Of a stretch of 64,000 nt of DNA, positions 31,085 to 40,212 are shown in pieces. Position numbers and translations under genes: made by a program. The DNA comes from Candidatus Eiseniibacteriota bacterium. Its GTDB lineage: Bacteria > Eisenbacteria > RBG-16-71-46. Positions within the stretch are counted from its first letter, which is position 1. Each line of letters starts with the position of its first letter. The stretch spans positions 64,001 through 128,000 of the forward strand of contig JBGPFC010000005.1 of NCBI GenBank assembly GCA_041483195.1. Direction: 5' to 3'. The notes below the pieces were generated by a model. That model was not told where the DNA came from. It did no database searches and worked only from the letters and a program-made list of their open reading frames with translations.

Positions 31085-31513
31085 ATGCGTTCGACCGTGG
31101 CCGCGCTGCTCGCGGCCAGCCTCACGCTCACGCTCGTTTCGCCGGCCGCCTGCGCTCCCGCGCTGGCGGCCGATCCATTTACGGAAGTCCCGCTCCCTCC
31201 CCCGACCCGGCACGCTTACGGCTGGGCGATCCTCACCTTCGTCGCGGGCGCCGGTCTGATCGGCACGTCATTCGGACTCTCGGACCACGCCAATCAGGAA
31301 TATGCCGAATACCGGCGGGCCACCGATCCGGGGCGCATCTCCAGCCTCTACGACGCGGCTGTGCACGACGACCGGCTCTCGACGGCCTCCTTGCTCGCCG
31401 GCGAGGTCATGATCGGGGCGAGCCTCTACATCGGATTCCTGCGCAGGACCGACGCGCCGCGACTCTCCATCGCATTGGGGCCGGAACGATGCGCCCTGGC
31501 GCTGCGCTTCTAG
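31085..31513 (+). CDS. Hypothetical secreted/membrane protein (signal peptide, two hydrophobic helices, C-terminal beta-hairpin ending in Phe)
   Basis: MRSTVAALLAASLTLTLV signal; AEYRRA amphipathic helix between hydrophobic segments; ends RLSIALGPERCALALRF. Confidence 0.7.
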   Translation: MRSTVAALLAASLTLTLVSPAACAPALAADPFTEVPLPPPTRHAYGWAILTFVAGAGLIGTSFGLSDHANQEYAEYRRATDPGRISSLYDAAVHDDRLSTASLLAGEVMIGASLYIGFLRRTDAPRLSIALGPERCALALRF

Positions 31514-32742
31514 TCCTCGCGCTGCTCGCGGGGTGCAGCAGCCGCGAGCATTCCAATCCATTCGACCCATTGAATCCCGTCACGCGCGGCCGCCCGGCCG
31601 GCTTCGCGGCCATCGCGGGCTCCGGTCTCGTGCAATTGCGCTGGACGCCGCCGCCGATCGAGGGGGATTTCGGATACCAGGCCTACCGTCGCGCGCAGAA
31701 CGACAGCGTGTTCCGGCCGGTGGGCATGCTGCTGCCGGGCAGTCAATCGTCGCTGCTCGACTTCGGGCTCACGAATGGGCTGCGCTACGACTACCGCCTC
31801 TACTTCGTGTTTTCGGGCGTGCTCGGGGGTCTGCCGGCGGAGGATCACTCGACGCCGGGATTCCTGCGGCCGTGGCTCGCCGATCTCGCGCGTCACTCGC
31901 TGATCGAGCTCACGCCGGACGGGCGGCAGATCGCCTTCGAATCGAGCGGCTTCTACGGACCGACCGGCGTGGCCGCGGACCCGCGCACCGGCTGGGTGTG
32001 GCTCTGCGACACCTACGACGGCCGGGTGCTCGGCTACGACCCGGTGCGCGCGACCCGCGTTTCGATCTCCGGACTCTCCGAACCCGTGGCCGTCGCGCTC
32101 GATCCGATCGACGGAAGCCCGTGGGTGTGCGACCAGGCACGCGGCGGCGTGTATCACTTCACGACCGGCGGCGCGCCGGGATCCCCCGCGCAGCTCGCGC
32201 CGATCGACACGCCGATCGGCATCGCGATCGATCCTTCGGGCGCCGCGGTCTGGGTGTGCGAGCGCGGCGCCAATCACGTCCGCCGCTACGCGCGCGACGG
32301 CACGCCGCTCGGGAGCGCCAACGTGACGGCGCCCTCGCGGGTCGCGGTGGATTCCGCCAACGGCGACGCGTGGGTCACGAGCTTCGACGGCCGCGCGATC
32401 GTGCATCTCTCTCCGGCCGGGGCGGTGCTCGCGACGCTCACGGACGCCTCCGGCCCGATCGGGATCGCGGTCGATGCGCCGCGAGGGCGCATCTGGGTCG
32501 CCGATGCGCGCGGCGGCGGCGTGATCGCCTTCCGCCGCAGCGGGCTCGTCGAGCTCCGCGTCGGCGGGCTGCCCGGCGCGCGCGAGGTGGCGGTCGACCT
32601 ACCGACCGGTGAGGCCTGGGTCACGGTGCCCGGCCTCGGCGAGGTGGTGCGTATCGCACCCGACGGGACCGTTCTCGAATACCTGCGCGGCCTCTCCGAT
32701 CCCTACGGCATCGCGCTCGATCCCGGCCGCCACGTGCCATGA
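31489..32742 (+). CDS. Lipoprotein with FN3-like domain and NHL-type beta-propeller
   Basis: Lipobox LAGC, NPFDP motif, VQLRW..YRR..LTNG.RYDY FN3 pattern, about seven P.G/AVA.D...G.VWV repeats. Confidence 0.85.
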   Translation: MRPGAALLVLALLAGCSSREHSNPFDPLNPVTRGRPAGFAAIAGSGLVQLRWTPPPIEGDFGYQAYRRAQNDSVFRPVGMLLPGSQSSLLDFGLTNGLRYDYRLYFVFSGVLGGLPAEDHSTPGFLRPWLADLARHSLIELTPDGRQIAFESSGFYGPTGVAADPRTGWVWLCDTYDGRVLGYDPVRATRVSISGLSEPVAVALDPIDGSPWVCDQARGGVYHFTTGGAPGSPAQLAPIDTPIGIAIDPSGAAVWVCERGANHVRRYARDGTPLGSANVTAPSRVAVDSANGDAWVTSFDGRAIVHLSPAGAVLATLTDASGPIGIAVDAPRGRIWVADARGGGVIAFRRSGLVELRVGGLPGAREVAVDLPTGEAWVTVPGLGEVVRIAPDGTVLEYLRGLSDPYGIALDPGRHVP

Positions 32743-32770
32743 TCGCGCGCCGCGGTCGGGTCGACGCGAC

Positions 32771-35620
32771 TCAGTAGTTGAAGCCGATTCCGAACTGCTG
32801 GCGCGGTTGCTTCGAGAATTCGCGGAAGTCGGTCGTGGTCCAGGCGTAGTCCCAGCGCAGCGCCGGATAGTATCCGCCCCCGATGAACACCGAAAAACCC
32901 GCGCTGCCGAGATGCTCGTCGAAGATCCGGTCCCAGCCCCATGCCGCATCGGCGAACACCGCGCCGTTGATGGTGGGGAACACCCAGGGCGCCGGGATCG
33001 CCAGCGTGAGCCCGCGCACCAGCGGGAATCGCACTTCCTGCTCGATCAGCACGGTCTGGAGTCCCGAGAGCCGGCGGCGCTCGTACCCGAGCAGCGAGAA
33101 GTTTCCGCCGAGGAAGAAGCGTTGCGCGTCGCGGCCGACGCTCGACTGCGCCTGCAGCCGGGAGGCGGTCACGATGCCGGGCAGCGGCAGCCGATAGTGG
33201 CGGAACTCCGCGAGCAGCGTGCCGAAGTCGCCGGCGCCCGAGGTGAGGTCGCGGGTGAACCCTGCGGACATGAAGAAGCGCGACCCCACGCTGGGCCCGA
33301 GCTCGGTCCAGCGCGTGTTGTCGTGCGCGAGCGTGAGGAAATCCGAGACCAGGTCGACATCCTGCGTGTCGCCGCTCTGCAGCCGGTGGTCGCTCGCGTG
33401 CCGCACCAGCACCGAGCCCTCGAGCCGGGTGAACTTGTCGAACGGATAGCTGGCGAGTCCCACGATCCCGATCCGACGCTCGCGCCGGATGTCGTCGAGC
33501 TCCGCGTCGTAGATCTGCGTCAGCCTGAACACCCCGAGCCCGAAGTTGAGGCGGCGGCTCTGATTCAGGTAGGTCACGCCTCCTTCGAATCCGTCCCAGA
33601 AATTCCCGAAGCGCTCGCTGTCGTTCGCGAGAAAGATGTAGAACTGCTCGTTTCCGAGCACGTCGCTGAGCGCGATCTGGCCGCCTCCGCCCCCGCTCCC
33701 GACTCCGGGGTCGTAGCCCACGGTGTTCTGCACCAGATCGAGGCCGAGGTGGCGCTCGTAGCGCTGGGGCGCGGCCACGTCGTAGACCGCTGCGACCGGA
33801 ACGGCGGGCGCCGCCTCGGGCTCGGGCTCGGCCGCCAGGGTGTCGGGGTCGAACCGGAGCGCGTAGGTCTGGAACGTGATCGCCTGCTCGGCGGTGAACA
33901 GGAGACCGCGCCCGCCGGGCATCCAGTCCGGATCCATCACCGGGCCCTGCAGCCGCGTGACGCGCCGGGCCTCGCGCGCGGGCTCGGCGTCCCGGACCCA
34001 CAGGTCGCTGATGCCGCTGCGGGTGGAGCGGAACGCGAGCCAGCGTCCATCGTGAGAATAGACGGGCTGGCGGTCGTCGCCGGCCGGCGGATGGCTGAGC
34101 GGCTCGATCGCCCCGCTCTCGAGGGAGATCCGCCACAGCGCGTAGCCGCCGTCGCGCCCGCCGCGATCGGACGCGAACGCCACCCAGCGTCCATCCGGCG
34201 ATACGTCGGGCTCGACGTCGTCGAAGTCGTCATCGGTCAGGCGCTCGAGTCGCACCCTCCCGCGCGGCCAGCGTGCGCGGTAGAGATCGGACCGGCCCCC
34301 ATAGTCCTGCGCCGAGAACACGATCGCGGAGTCGCCAGGCGCCAGGCACGGGTCGTTGACCGCCACCAGGCTGGGAAACGCGAGCCGCCGCACGACCCGC
34401 CGGCGGCGCGGGTCCACGATGTAGAGCGCATCGCGGCCGCCGTGCTTGGAGGACAGCACGATCAACCCCGAGGTCGAGACTCCCGGCCGATCGCGGAACA
34501 GGTGGAACGATTCGAAGGTCGGCGACAGCCCCCCCCGCAACAGGCGGACGTCGCGCCGCGGTCCGCCGCGGCCGGGCTCGTTCAGCATGAGGTCGACGCC
34601 CGTCACGTTGGCCGCGAAGTAGCAGAAGCGTACCGTGGTGTCGGCGGAGTCGGCGGCCGGCAGCGCCCGCGGACCGAGGTTGTAGTGCCCGCGCTGCGTC
34701 ATGCGCCGCGCGATCTCGGCCGGGGTGGTGGTGGTCGCGACCACCGGATAGTAGCGGCGCTTGGTCGCCTCGAACCACTCCTCGTCGAGCCGCGCGAGCG
34801 GCACGCCCAGGGTGATGCGGAACACGGTCTCGAAGTCCTCGGCCCGATACCAGTTGTCGAACAGGTCGAAGACCTTGTCGCGGCCGTGACGCGCCGCGAG
34901 CCACAATAGAAATGACTGGCCCTCCTTGTACATGAGCACGGTGCCGGTGATGGACTCGCTGTGCGTGAGCGGGCGTGCCGCGCCGGTGAGCACGGCGTCA
35001 CGCAGCAGGCCCTCCGCCTCCTCGTCCCAGTGCGTGCCGCAGTACTCGGCGAGGCCCTCGATGAACCAGAGCGGCGGGAGGTAGTTCTGCGTACGGTGGT
35101 GATCGTGCATCACGCGCGTCACCTTCTCGAGCATGTACGCGTGGGTGAGCTCGTGTCGTGCGACCCAGCACAGGCGGGTCCACGAGCCGGTGTGGGGAAT
35201 GAGCACGCGTCCCTTGATGAGCTCGGTCAGGCCCCCGGTCGCCTCGGAGATCAGGCCGGGACTCGCGTTGGTCTGCTGGAACAGGTGGTGCACCGAGTAG
35301 AGCAGGATTGGAATGCGCCGCTTCGGCTCGAGCCGGAAGCGCCCGTCGTACTCGACGCACACGCTCTCCGCGAAGGCGGCGAGCCGCCGCGCCAGACTCT
35401 CTTCTTCAGCGTAGTAGTGGAGTCTGAGGTGCGGGGTCTCGAGCACCGCCCAGTCCAGCGGATCGTACTGGACCTTGTTCTTGCCGAACCCCTGCGCCCC
35501 GGCGGGCACGGCGCTCGCGGCGGCCGCGAGGGCGGCGAGGATCAGGGCCGCGGCGACACGCGGAATGCGCAATTCGACTCCGACACGGGGAATGGACCTG
35601 AGCTCAGCGGCCCTTCGCAC
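32771..35620 (-). CDS. Zn-metallopeptidase (gluzincin/MA) - PD40/TolB-like propeller - Omp85-type barrel fusion protein
   Basis: Signal peptide; HELTH plus WFIEGLAEY; SPDGRWVAFASDR and SHDGRWLAFRS repeats; barrel with FFLGG..LLGY loop and terminal FGIGFNY; start uncertain. Confidence 0.85.
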   Translation of the reverse strand: MRRAAELRSIPRVGVELRIPRVAAALILAALAAAASAVPAGAQGFGKNKVQYDPLDWAVLETPHLRLHYYAEEESLARRLAAFAESVCVEYDGRFRLEPKRRIPILLYSVHHLFQQTNASPGLISEATGGLTELIKGRVLIPHTGSWTRLCWVARHELTHAYMLEKVTRVMHDHHRTQNYLPPLWFIEGLAEYCGTHWDEEAEGLLRDAVLTGAARPLTHSESITGTVLMYKEGQSFLLWLAARHGRDKVFDLFDNWYRAEDFETVFRITLGVPLARLDEEWFEATKRRYYPVVATTTTPAEIARRMTQRGHYNLGPRALPAADSADTTVRFCYFAANVTGVDLMLNEPGRGGPRRDVRLLRGGLSPTFESFHLFRDRPGVSTSGLIVLSSKHGGRDALYIVDPRRRRVVRRLAFPSLVAVNDPCLAPGDSAIVFSAQDYGGRSDLYRARWPRGRVRLERLTDDDFDDVEPDVSPDGRWVAFASDRGGRDGGYALWRISLESGAIEPLSHPPAGDDRQPVYSHDGRWLAFRSTRSGISDLWVRDAEPAREARRVTRLQGPVMDPDWMPGGRGLLFTAEQAITFQTYALRFDPDTLAAEPEPEAAPAVPVAAVYDVAAPQRYERHLGLDLVQNTVGYDPGVGSGGGGGQIALSDVLGNEQFYIFLANDSERFGNFWDGFEGGVTYLNQSRRLNFGLGVFRLTQIYDAELDDIRRERRIGIVGLASYPFDKFTRLEGSVLVRHASDHRLQSGDTQDVDLVSDFLTLAHDNTRWTELGPSVGSRFFMSAGFTRDLTSGAGDFGTLLAEFRHYRLPLPGIVTASRLQAQSSVGRDAQRFFLGGNFSLLGYERRRLSGLQTVLIEQEVRFPLVRGLTLAIPAPWVFPTINGAVFADAAWGWDRIFDEHLGSAGFSVFIGGGYYPALRWDYAWTTTDFREFSKQPRQQFGIGFNY

Positions 35621-36374
35621 TCAGCACGTCGTCGAGAGTATACGCTCCGGGCCGGGCCTCCGCCACGAATCGCGCGGCCGCGAGCGCGCCATGCGCGAAC
35701 GCGCCGCGGTCCGATGCGACGTGCCGCAATTCGAGCCACTCGCCCTCGCCGGCGAGCAGCACGGCGTGATCGCCGACCCAGGAGCCGCCGCGCACCGCGT
35801 GGATGCCGATCTCGGCCGCGGGCCGCGGGCCGGTGCGCCCCGAGCGTCCCTGGCGCAGCGCCCCGCTGCCGAGGCCCCGGCTCGCGGCGGCGTCCGCCCC
35901 GAGCAGCAGCGCGGTCCCGGAGGGGCTGTCGAGCTTGCGCCGATGGTGGCGCTCGACGATCTCGATGTCCCAGTCCCTGGGGAGCGCGGAGAGCGCGGCA
36001 TCCAGCGCGCGCCGCAGCGCCGCGACGCCCAGGCTGAAATTCGCGGACCTGAGGACCGGCACCCGGGCGGCGGCGGCCGCGATCGCGGCCTCCCCCGCCG
36101 CGTCGAGCCCGGTCGTCCCCGAGACCAGCGCGGCTCCGCGCGCGGCGCACAGCTCGGCGCAGGCGCGGCATCCCTCCGGGCTGCTGAACTCCACGACGAC
36201 GTCGCCGCGTGCCGCGAAGTCGGCGAGGGTATCGCTCCAGCCCCCGCGATCCGCGGGATGCCGGTCCGCGCGATCCACGCGTCCCTTCACGGCGAAGTCC
36301 GGGGATGCGAGCGCGGCTTCCTCGACGGCGCGGCCCATGCGTCCCGCCGCGCCCACCAGCACGAGCGCGATCAC
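35604..36374 (-). CDS. dapB: 4-hydroxy-tetrahydrodipicolinate reductase
   Basis: GAAGRMG, GTTG, ANFSLG and ERHHRRKLDSPSGTA motifs; GTGA overlap with dapA. Confidence 0.95.
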   Translation of the reverse strand: MIALVLVGAAGRMGRAVEEAALASPDFAVKGRVDRADRHPADRGGWSDTLADFAARGDVVVEFSSPEGCRACAELCAARGAALVSGTTGLDAAGEAAIAAAAARVPVLRSANFSLGVAALRRALDAALSALPRDWDIEIVERHHRRKLDSPSGTALLLGADAAASRGLGSGALRQGRSGRTGPRPAAEIGIHAVRGGSWVGDHAVLLAGEGEWLELRHVASDRGAFAHGALAAARFVAEARPGAYTLDDVLSAKGR

Positions 36375-37282
36375 TCGGGTGGGGCGGTCCGCGCGCCGGA
36401 TGTCACGGCGGTCGCGAGCCGGATCCCGGACGCGCCCGCGGCGGCTTCGAGCGTCTTCCGCGTCGCGGGCTCCACCGGCACCAGCGGCAACCGCAGCTCG
36501 TTCTCGATGAGCCCCATCATGGCGAGCATGCACTTGACGGGTCCGGGATTGGACTCCACGAACAGCGCCTTGAACAGCGGCAGCAGCCGCCGATGCACGG
36601 CCTGCGCTTCGGCGATGCGTCCGGCGCGCGCGTGATCGCAGAGCGCCCGCATCTCGGCGGGCGCCACGTTGCCCGCGACCGAGATCACTCCGGTCGCCCC
36701 CACCGCGATCATGGGCAGCGTGAGCGAGTCGTCCCCCGAGAGCAGCGTGAATGGGGTGCGCGCGCAGATCGCGCTCGCCTGATCGAGGCTGCCGGAGGCC
36801 TCCTTGATCGCCACCACGTTGGGCAGCTCGCGCAGCTGCTCGATGGTCTCGGGCAGCGTGTTGGTGGCGGTGCGCCCTGGCACGTTGTAGATCACGAGCG
36901 GAAGCTTGGTGCTCTTCGCGATCGCCGTGAAGTGAGCGATCTGTCCCTTCGGCGTTGGCTTGTTGTAGTAGGGCGTCACGATCATCGCGCCGTCGAGTCC
37001 CAGCTCCTCCGCCATCCGGGTGAGGACGATGCTGTCGGCGGTGGCGTTGGTCCCGGTCCCCGCGATCACCGGGACGCGCGAACGCACCCGCTCACGCGCG
37101 AAGCGCCACAGGGTGCGGCGCTCGTCGACGCTGCAGGTCGCCGCCTCGCCGGTCGAGCCCGAGACGACCAGCCCCTCGGCCCCTCCCTCGATCATGAAGT
37201 CGATGATCTGCGCCGTCGCTTCGAGGTCGATCGCGCCGTCCCGGAACGGCGTGACCATCGCCACCGTGAGTCCGTCGAACAT
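36371..37282 (-). CDS. dapA: 4-hydroxy-tetrahydrodipicolinate synthase
   Basis: AMVTPF, GSTGE, PYYNKP, YNVPGRT, IKEASG, LSGDD and ESNPGPVK motifs. Confidence 0.96.
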   Translation of the reverse strand: MFDGLTVAMVTPFRDGAIDLEATAQIIDFMIEGGAEGLVVSGSTGEAATCSVDERRTLWRFARERVRSRVPVIAGTGTNATADSIVLTRMAEELGLDGAMIVTPYYNKPTPKGQIAHFTAIAKSTKLPLVIYNVPGRTATNTLPETIEQLRELPNVVAIKEASGSLDQASAICARTPFTLLSGDDSLTLPMIAVGATGVISVAGNVAPAEMRALCDHARAGRIAEAQAVHRRLLPLFKALFVESNPGPVKCMLAMMGLIENELRLPLVPVEPATRKTLEAAAGASGIRLATAVTSGARTAPPE

Positions 37283-37293
37283 GGTCGTCCCTT

Positions 37294-38127
37294 TCAGTCG
37301 CGTCCGGCCGCCACCTCGGCCGGCTCGATCCATTCGCCCGCGAACGAGATCTCGGCCGGGCCGCTCAGGCCCACGTCGTAGCCCGTCGCACTCTCGCGAT
37401 ACGTCACGCGCAATTCGTCGCCGCCCGCGGTCAGCACCCGCACCGGCGAGCCGTGGCCATGGGCGGCGGCCCACAGCGCAGATGCGATCGCCCCGCTCCC
37501 GCACGCCAGCGTCTCGGCCTCGACGCCGCGCTCGTAGGTGCGCATCGCGACGCGCCCGGGCTCGAGGACCGCGACGAAATCCACGTTCGCGCCGCCCGCG
37601 CCGAGCTGTGGGTGACGGCGCAGCGCGCCGCCCCAGGTCCCGACCGAGACCCCGTCCACGCGATCGACCGGCACCACGAAGTGCGGCACGCCGGGCGTGA
37701 TCAGCGTCCCGGCGAACACCCGATCCACGGCCTCGAGACTCATCGCGCGCCCGCGTTCCACCCGCCCGAACTGCAGCTCGATCGCGCCGCCCTCGGGCGC
37801 GCGTCGCGCGCTCTGAACGCCGGCGGCGGTGCGAAATCGCACCTCCCCCGCGCGGCCCAGCCCCAGGTCGAGCGCGAGCCGCGCCACGCAACGCGCGCCG
37901 TTGCCGCAGTAATTCGCCGGCCCGCCATCCGCGTTGAAGTAGCGCATGGCGAAGTCGAGCTCCGGATCGCGCTCGAGCAGCAGCACCCCGTCCGCGCCGA
38001 CGCCGCGGCGCCGGTCGCACAGCCGCCGCACCAGCGGCCCGATCGCGTCGGGCAGAAACGCCGTGCGGTGGTCCACCACCACGAAGTCGTTCGCCGCGCC
38101 GTGCATCTTCCGGAACGCAATGTTCAC
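37294..38127 (-). CDS. dapF: Diaminopimelate epimerase
   Basis: KMHGAANDF, GVGADG, YCGNG and ERGVEAETLACGSG (both catalytic Cys). Confidence 0.96.
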   Translation of the reverse strand: MNIAFRKMHGAANDFVVVDHRTAFLPDAIGPLVRRLCDRRRGVGADGVLLLERDPELDFAMRYFNADGGPANYCGNGARCVARLALDLGLGRAGEVRFRTAAGVQSARRAPEGGAIELQFGRVERGRAMSLEAVDRVFAGTLITPGVPHFVVPVDRVDGVSVGTWGGALRRHPQLGAGGANVDFVAVLEPGRVAMRTYERGVEAETLACGSGAIASALWAAAHGHGSPVRVLTAGGDELRVTYRESATGYDVGLSGPAEISFAGEWIEPAEVAAGRD

Positions 38128-38132
38128 GCGGT

Positions 38133-39212
38133 TCAGGGTACTCCCGCCGGACGGCGCAGCACCAGCGTCAGCCCGGTCAGGTCGTCGGCGGGCTCGACTC
38201 GCATGACGAGCGGCGCGCTGGCGGGCTCGTCGGCCGGGCGGTACGCACGGTTCTTGTCGCGGTCACGGAACGCGCGCAGCCTCCATGTCCCCGATGTGAT
38301 CTGGAAGTCGAACCCACCCCGGTCGTCGACCGCCTCGAGCCGGCGGACGGTCGAGTCGGTATCGCTCACGGCGAAGATCCGCACGATGCCCAGGCTGTCT
38401 CCGAGCGAGTCGAGCACGGCGCCGCGCAGGCGCGCCGGGGCGCGCGGGTTGATCACGCGCAGCAGCAATCCCGAAGCGGTGGGTTGCTCGCGGGTGAGCT
38501 CGAACGTGGTGTCCACCGGGGCGAGGATGTCGGCGTCCGGCTCGAACGAGCGGTTGCCGTTCAGGTCCGCGAAGGCCCAGAGCCGGTAACGGCCGGGCAC
38601 CGCGAGACCCGGCACTCGAAACTGCCCGTTCCCGTCGGCGAGTCCGAGCGCGTCGAAGTCGCGGGCGGTGCTGTCGGGGCCCCGCCCGCGGGCTGCGTCG
38701 TAGCACCACAGGTAGGTCCCGGCCGCGCTGAACCCGCGGGCATCGACCTTTCCCGCGATCAGGCCGTGCGGAAAACTATCGGCGGTGCTGAACACGATCG
38801 CGGTGCCGGCCCCCAGCGGATTGCCGTGCCGGTCGCGCGCCTCGCCGCCCACGAACAACGTGTAGGTCTGCGCCGGGGCCAGCGGATGCGCGAGCACGAG
38901 CGCGAGCGTGCGCCCGCTCCAGCGTCGCTGCCGGATCTCGACCCGCGGGGCGAGCGCCACCGATTCACCGGTCGAGCGCGGCTCCATGCCCTCGCTGAAC
39001 GTGATCGTGAGCCGCGCATCGCGCGCGACCCGCGAAGCGCCGGAATCGGGGGCGCTCGCGATGACGCGCGGCGGCTCGAGATCGGGCGGACCTCCCGATG
39101 GCGGACCCTTCTTCGCGCAACCGCCGAGTGCGATTCCGAGCGCGAGCAGGGTGCCGGTGGCGCGCGGGGCGCGCGATGTGAAATGAGCCACGGCGGCATC
39201 GTGCATGGTCAC
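38133..39212 (-). CDS. Ig-like (Big_5-type) domain lipoprotein
   Basis: Lipobox LGGC followed by AKKGPPSGGPPD, ITFSE and YRLWAFADLNGN repeats. Confidence 0.8.
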   Translation of the reverse strand: MTMHDAAVAHFTSRAPRATGTLLALGIALGGCAKKGPPSGGPPDLEPPRVIASAPDSGASRVARDARLTITFSEGMEPRSTGESVALAPRVEIRQRRWSGRTLALVLAHPLAPAQTYTLFVGGEARDRHGNPLGAGTAIVFSTADSFPHGLIAGKVDARGFSAAGTYLWCYDAARGRGPDSTARDFDALGLADGNGQFRVPGLAVPGRYRLWAFADLNGNRSFEPDADILAPVDTTFELTREQPTASGLLLRVINPRAPARLRGAVLDSLGDSLGIVRIFAVSDTDSTVRRLEAVDDRGGFDFQITSGTWRLRAFRDRDKNRAYRPADEPASAPLVMRVEPADDLTGLTLVLRRPAGVP

Positions 39213-39296
39213 CGCGCACCCGTCAACCGCTGCGGCGCGCGGCCGGGCGCGGCGCTCTGCTGCGTCCCGCGCCGGGAGCGGATCGGCGCGCCCCGC

Positions 39297-40181
39297 TCAG
39301 GCGCGTGGATGCGCCTGGCCGTATGCCTTGCGCAATCGCGTCTGCGAAACGTGCGTGTAGATCTGGGTCGTCCCCAGCGAGCGGTGCCCGAGCAGCTCCT
39401 GGATCGCGCGCAGATCCGCGCCGCGATCCAGCAGGTGGCTCGCGAACGAGTGGCGCAGCGCGTGCGGCGTGACGCCGATCCCGCCCGCGACCTCGGCGAG
39501 CCGGCGGCGCACGACCCGCTGCACCGTGCGTCCCGAGAGCCGGCTCCCGCGCGGGCCGCGGAACACCGGCTCGTCGGGGCGTCCGGTCGACCGGCCGCCC
39601 GCGCCCAGGAATCGATCGAGCGCGCACAGGGCGGTGTCGCCGGCCGGCACCACGCGCTCCCGCCGTCCCTTGCCGCGAACGCGCAGCAGCCCGCCGGGCG
39701 CATCCACGTCGCCACGGTTGAGGCCGACCAATTCCGAGAGCCGGAGCCCCGCCCCGTACGCGAGCTCCAGCAGCGCGCGGTCGCGCAGGGTCGCCGCGTC
39801 GGTCGCATCGAGCCGGTCGAGCGCGCGCGAGAGATCGAGCGAAGGCAGCGTGCGGGGCAGCCGCCGCGGCAGGCGGGGCGCGCGCAGGCCGCGCGCGGGA
39901 TCGTCCGCGATCACGCCGCGCCTCACGCAGAATCGCGAAAAGCTGCGCCACGCCGCGAGCGCCCGTGCCGCGCTGGCCGCGGCGTGACCCGAGCGATAGA
40001 GATCGCGCTGGCCCTGCTCGAGGAGCTCGCGCGTCCAGAGCGCGGGATCGACGGGGCGCCCCTCGCCCGCCGCGCGGTCGAGGACCCGCGTCACGTCGCG
40101 ACGGTAGGCGTCGAGCGTGTGAGGCGAAGCGCGCCGCACGGCCGCGAGTTCCGTGAGAAACAGATCGAGCGCCGCGCGCAT
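39297..40181 (-). CDS. xerC: Tyrosine recombinase XerC
   Basis: SPHTLDAYRRD, GLRLSEL, GKGRRER, PHALRHSFASHLL, LGH, TTQIYTH, AHPRA; directly downstream of topA, a common synteny. Confidence 0.9.
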   Translation of the reverse strand: MRAALDLFLTELAAVRRASPHTLDAYRRDVTRVLDRAAGEGRPVDPALWTRELLEQGQRDLYRSGHAAASAARALAAWRSFSRFCVRRGVIADDPARGLRAPRLPRRLPRTLPSLDLSRALDRLDATDAATLRDRALLELAYGAGLRLSELVGLNRGDVDAPGGLLRVRGKGRRERVVPAGDTALCALDRFLGAGGRSTGRPDEPVFRGPRGSRLSGRTVQRVVRRRLAEVAGGIGVTPHALRHSFASHLLDRGADLRAIQELLGHRSLGTTQIYTHVSQTRLRKAYGQAHPRA

Positions 40182-40212
40182 GGGATCCCTCCCGTCTTCG
40201 CCGCCGGCCGCG

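Noticed and set aside
27821..40181. Two tyrosine recombinases as integrases bounding an island
   Set aside because: Both have housekeeping XerD/XerC signatures, sit in core operons (uvrC, topA) and enclose core genes (rpsT, dapFAB); no att repeats or phage genes were seen
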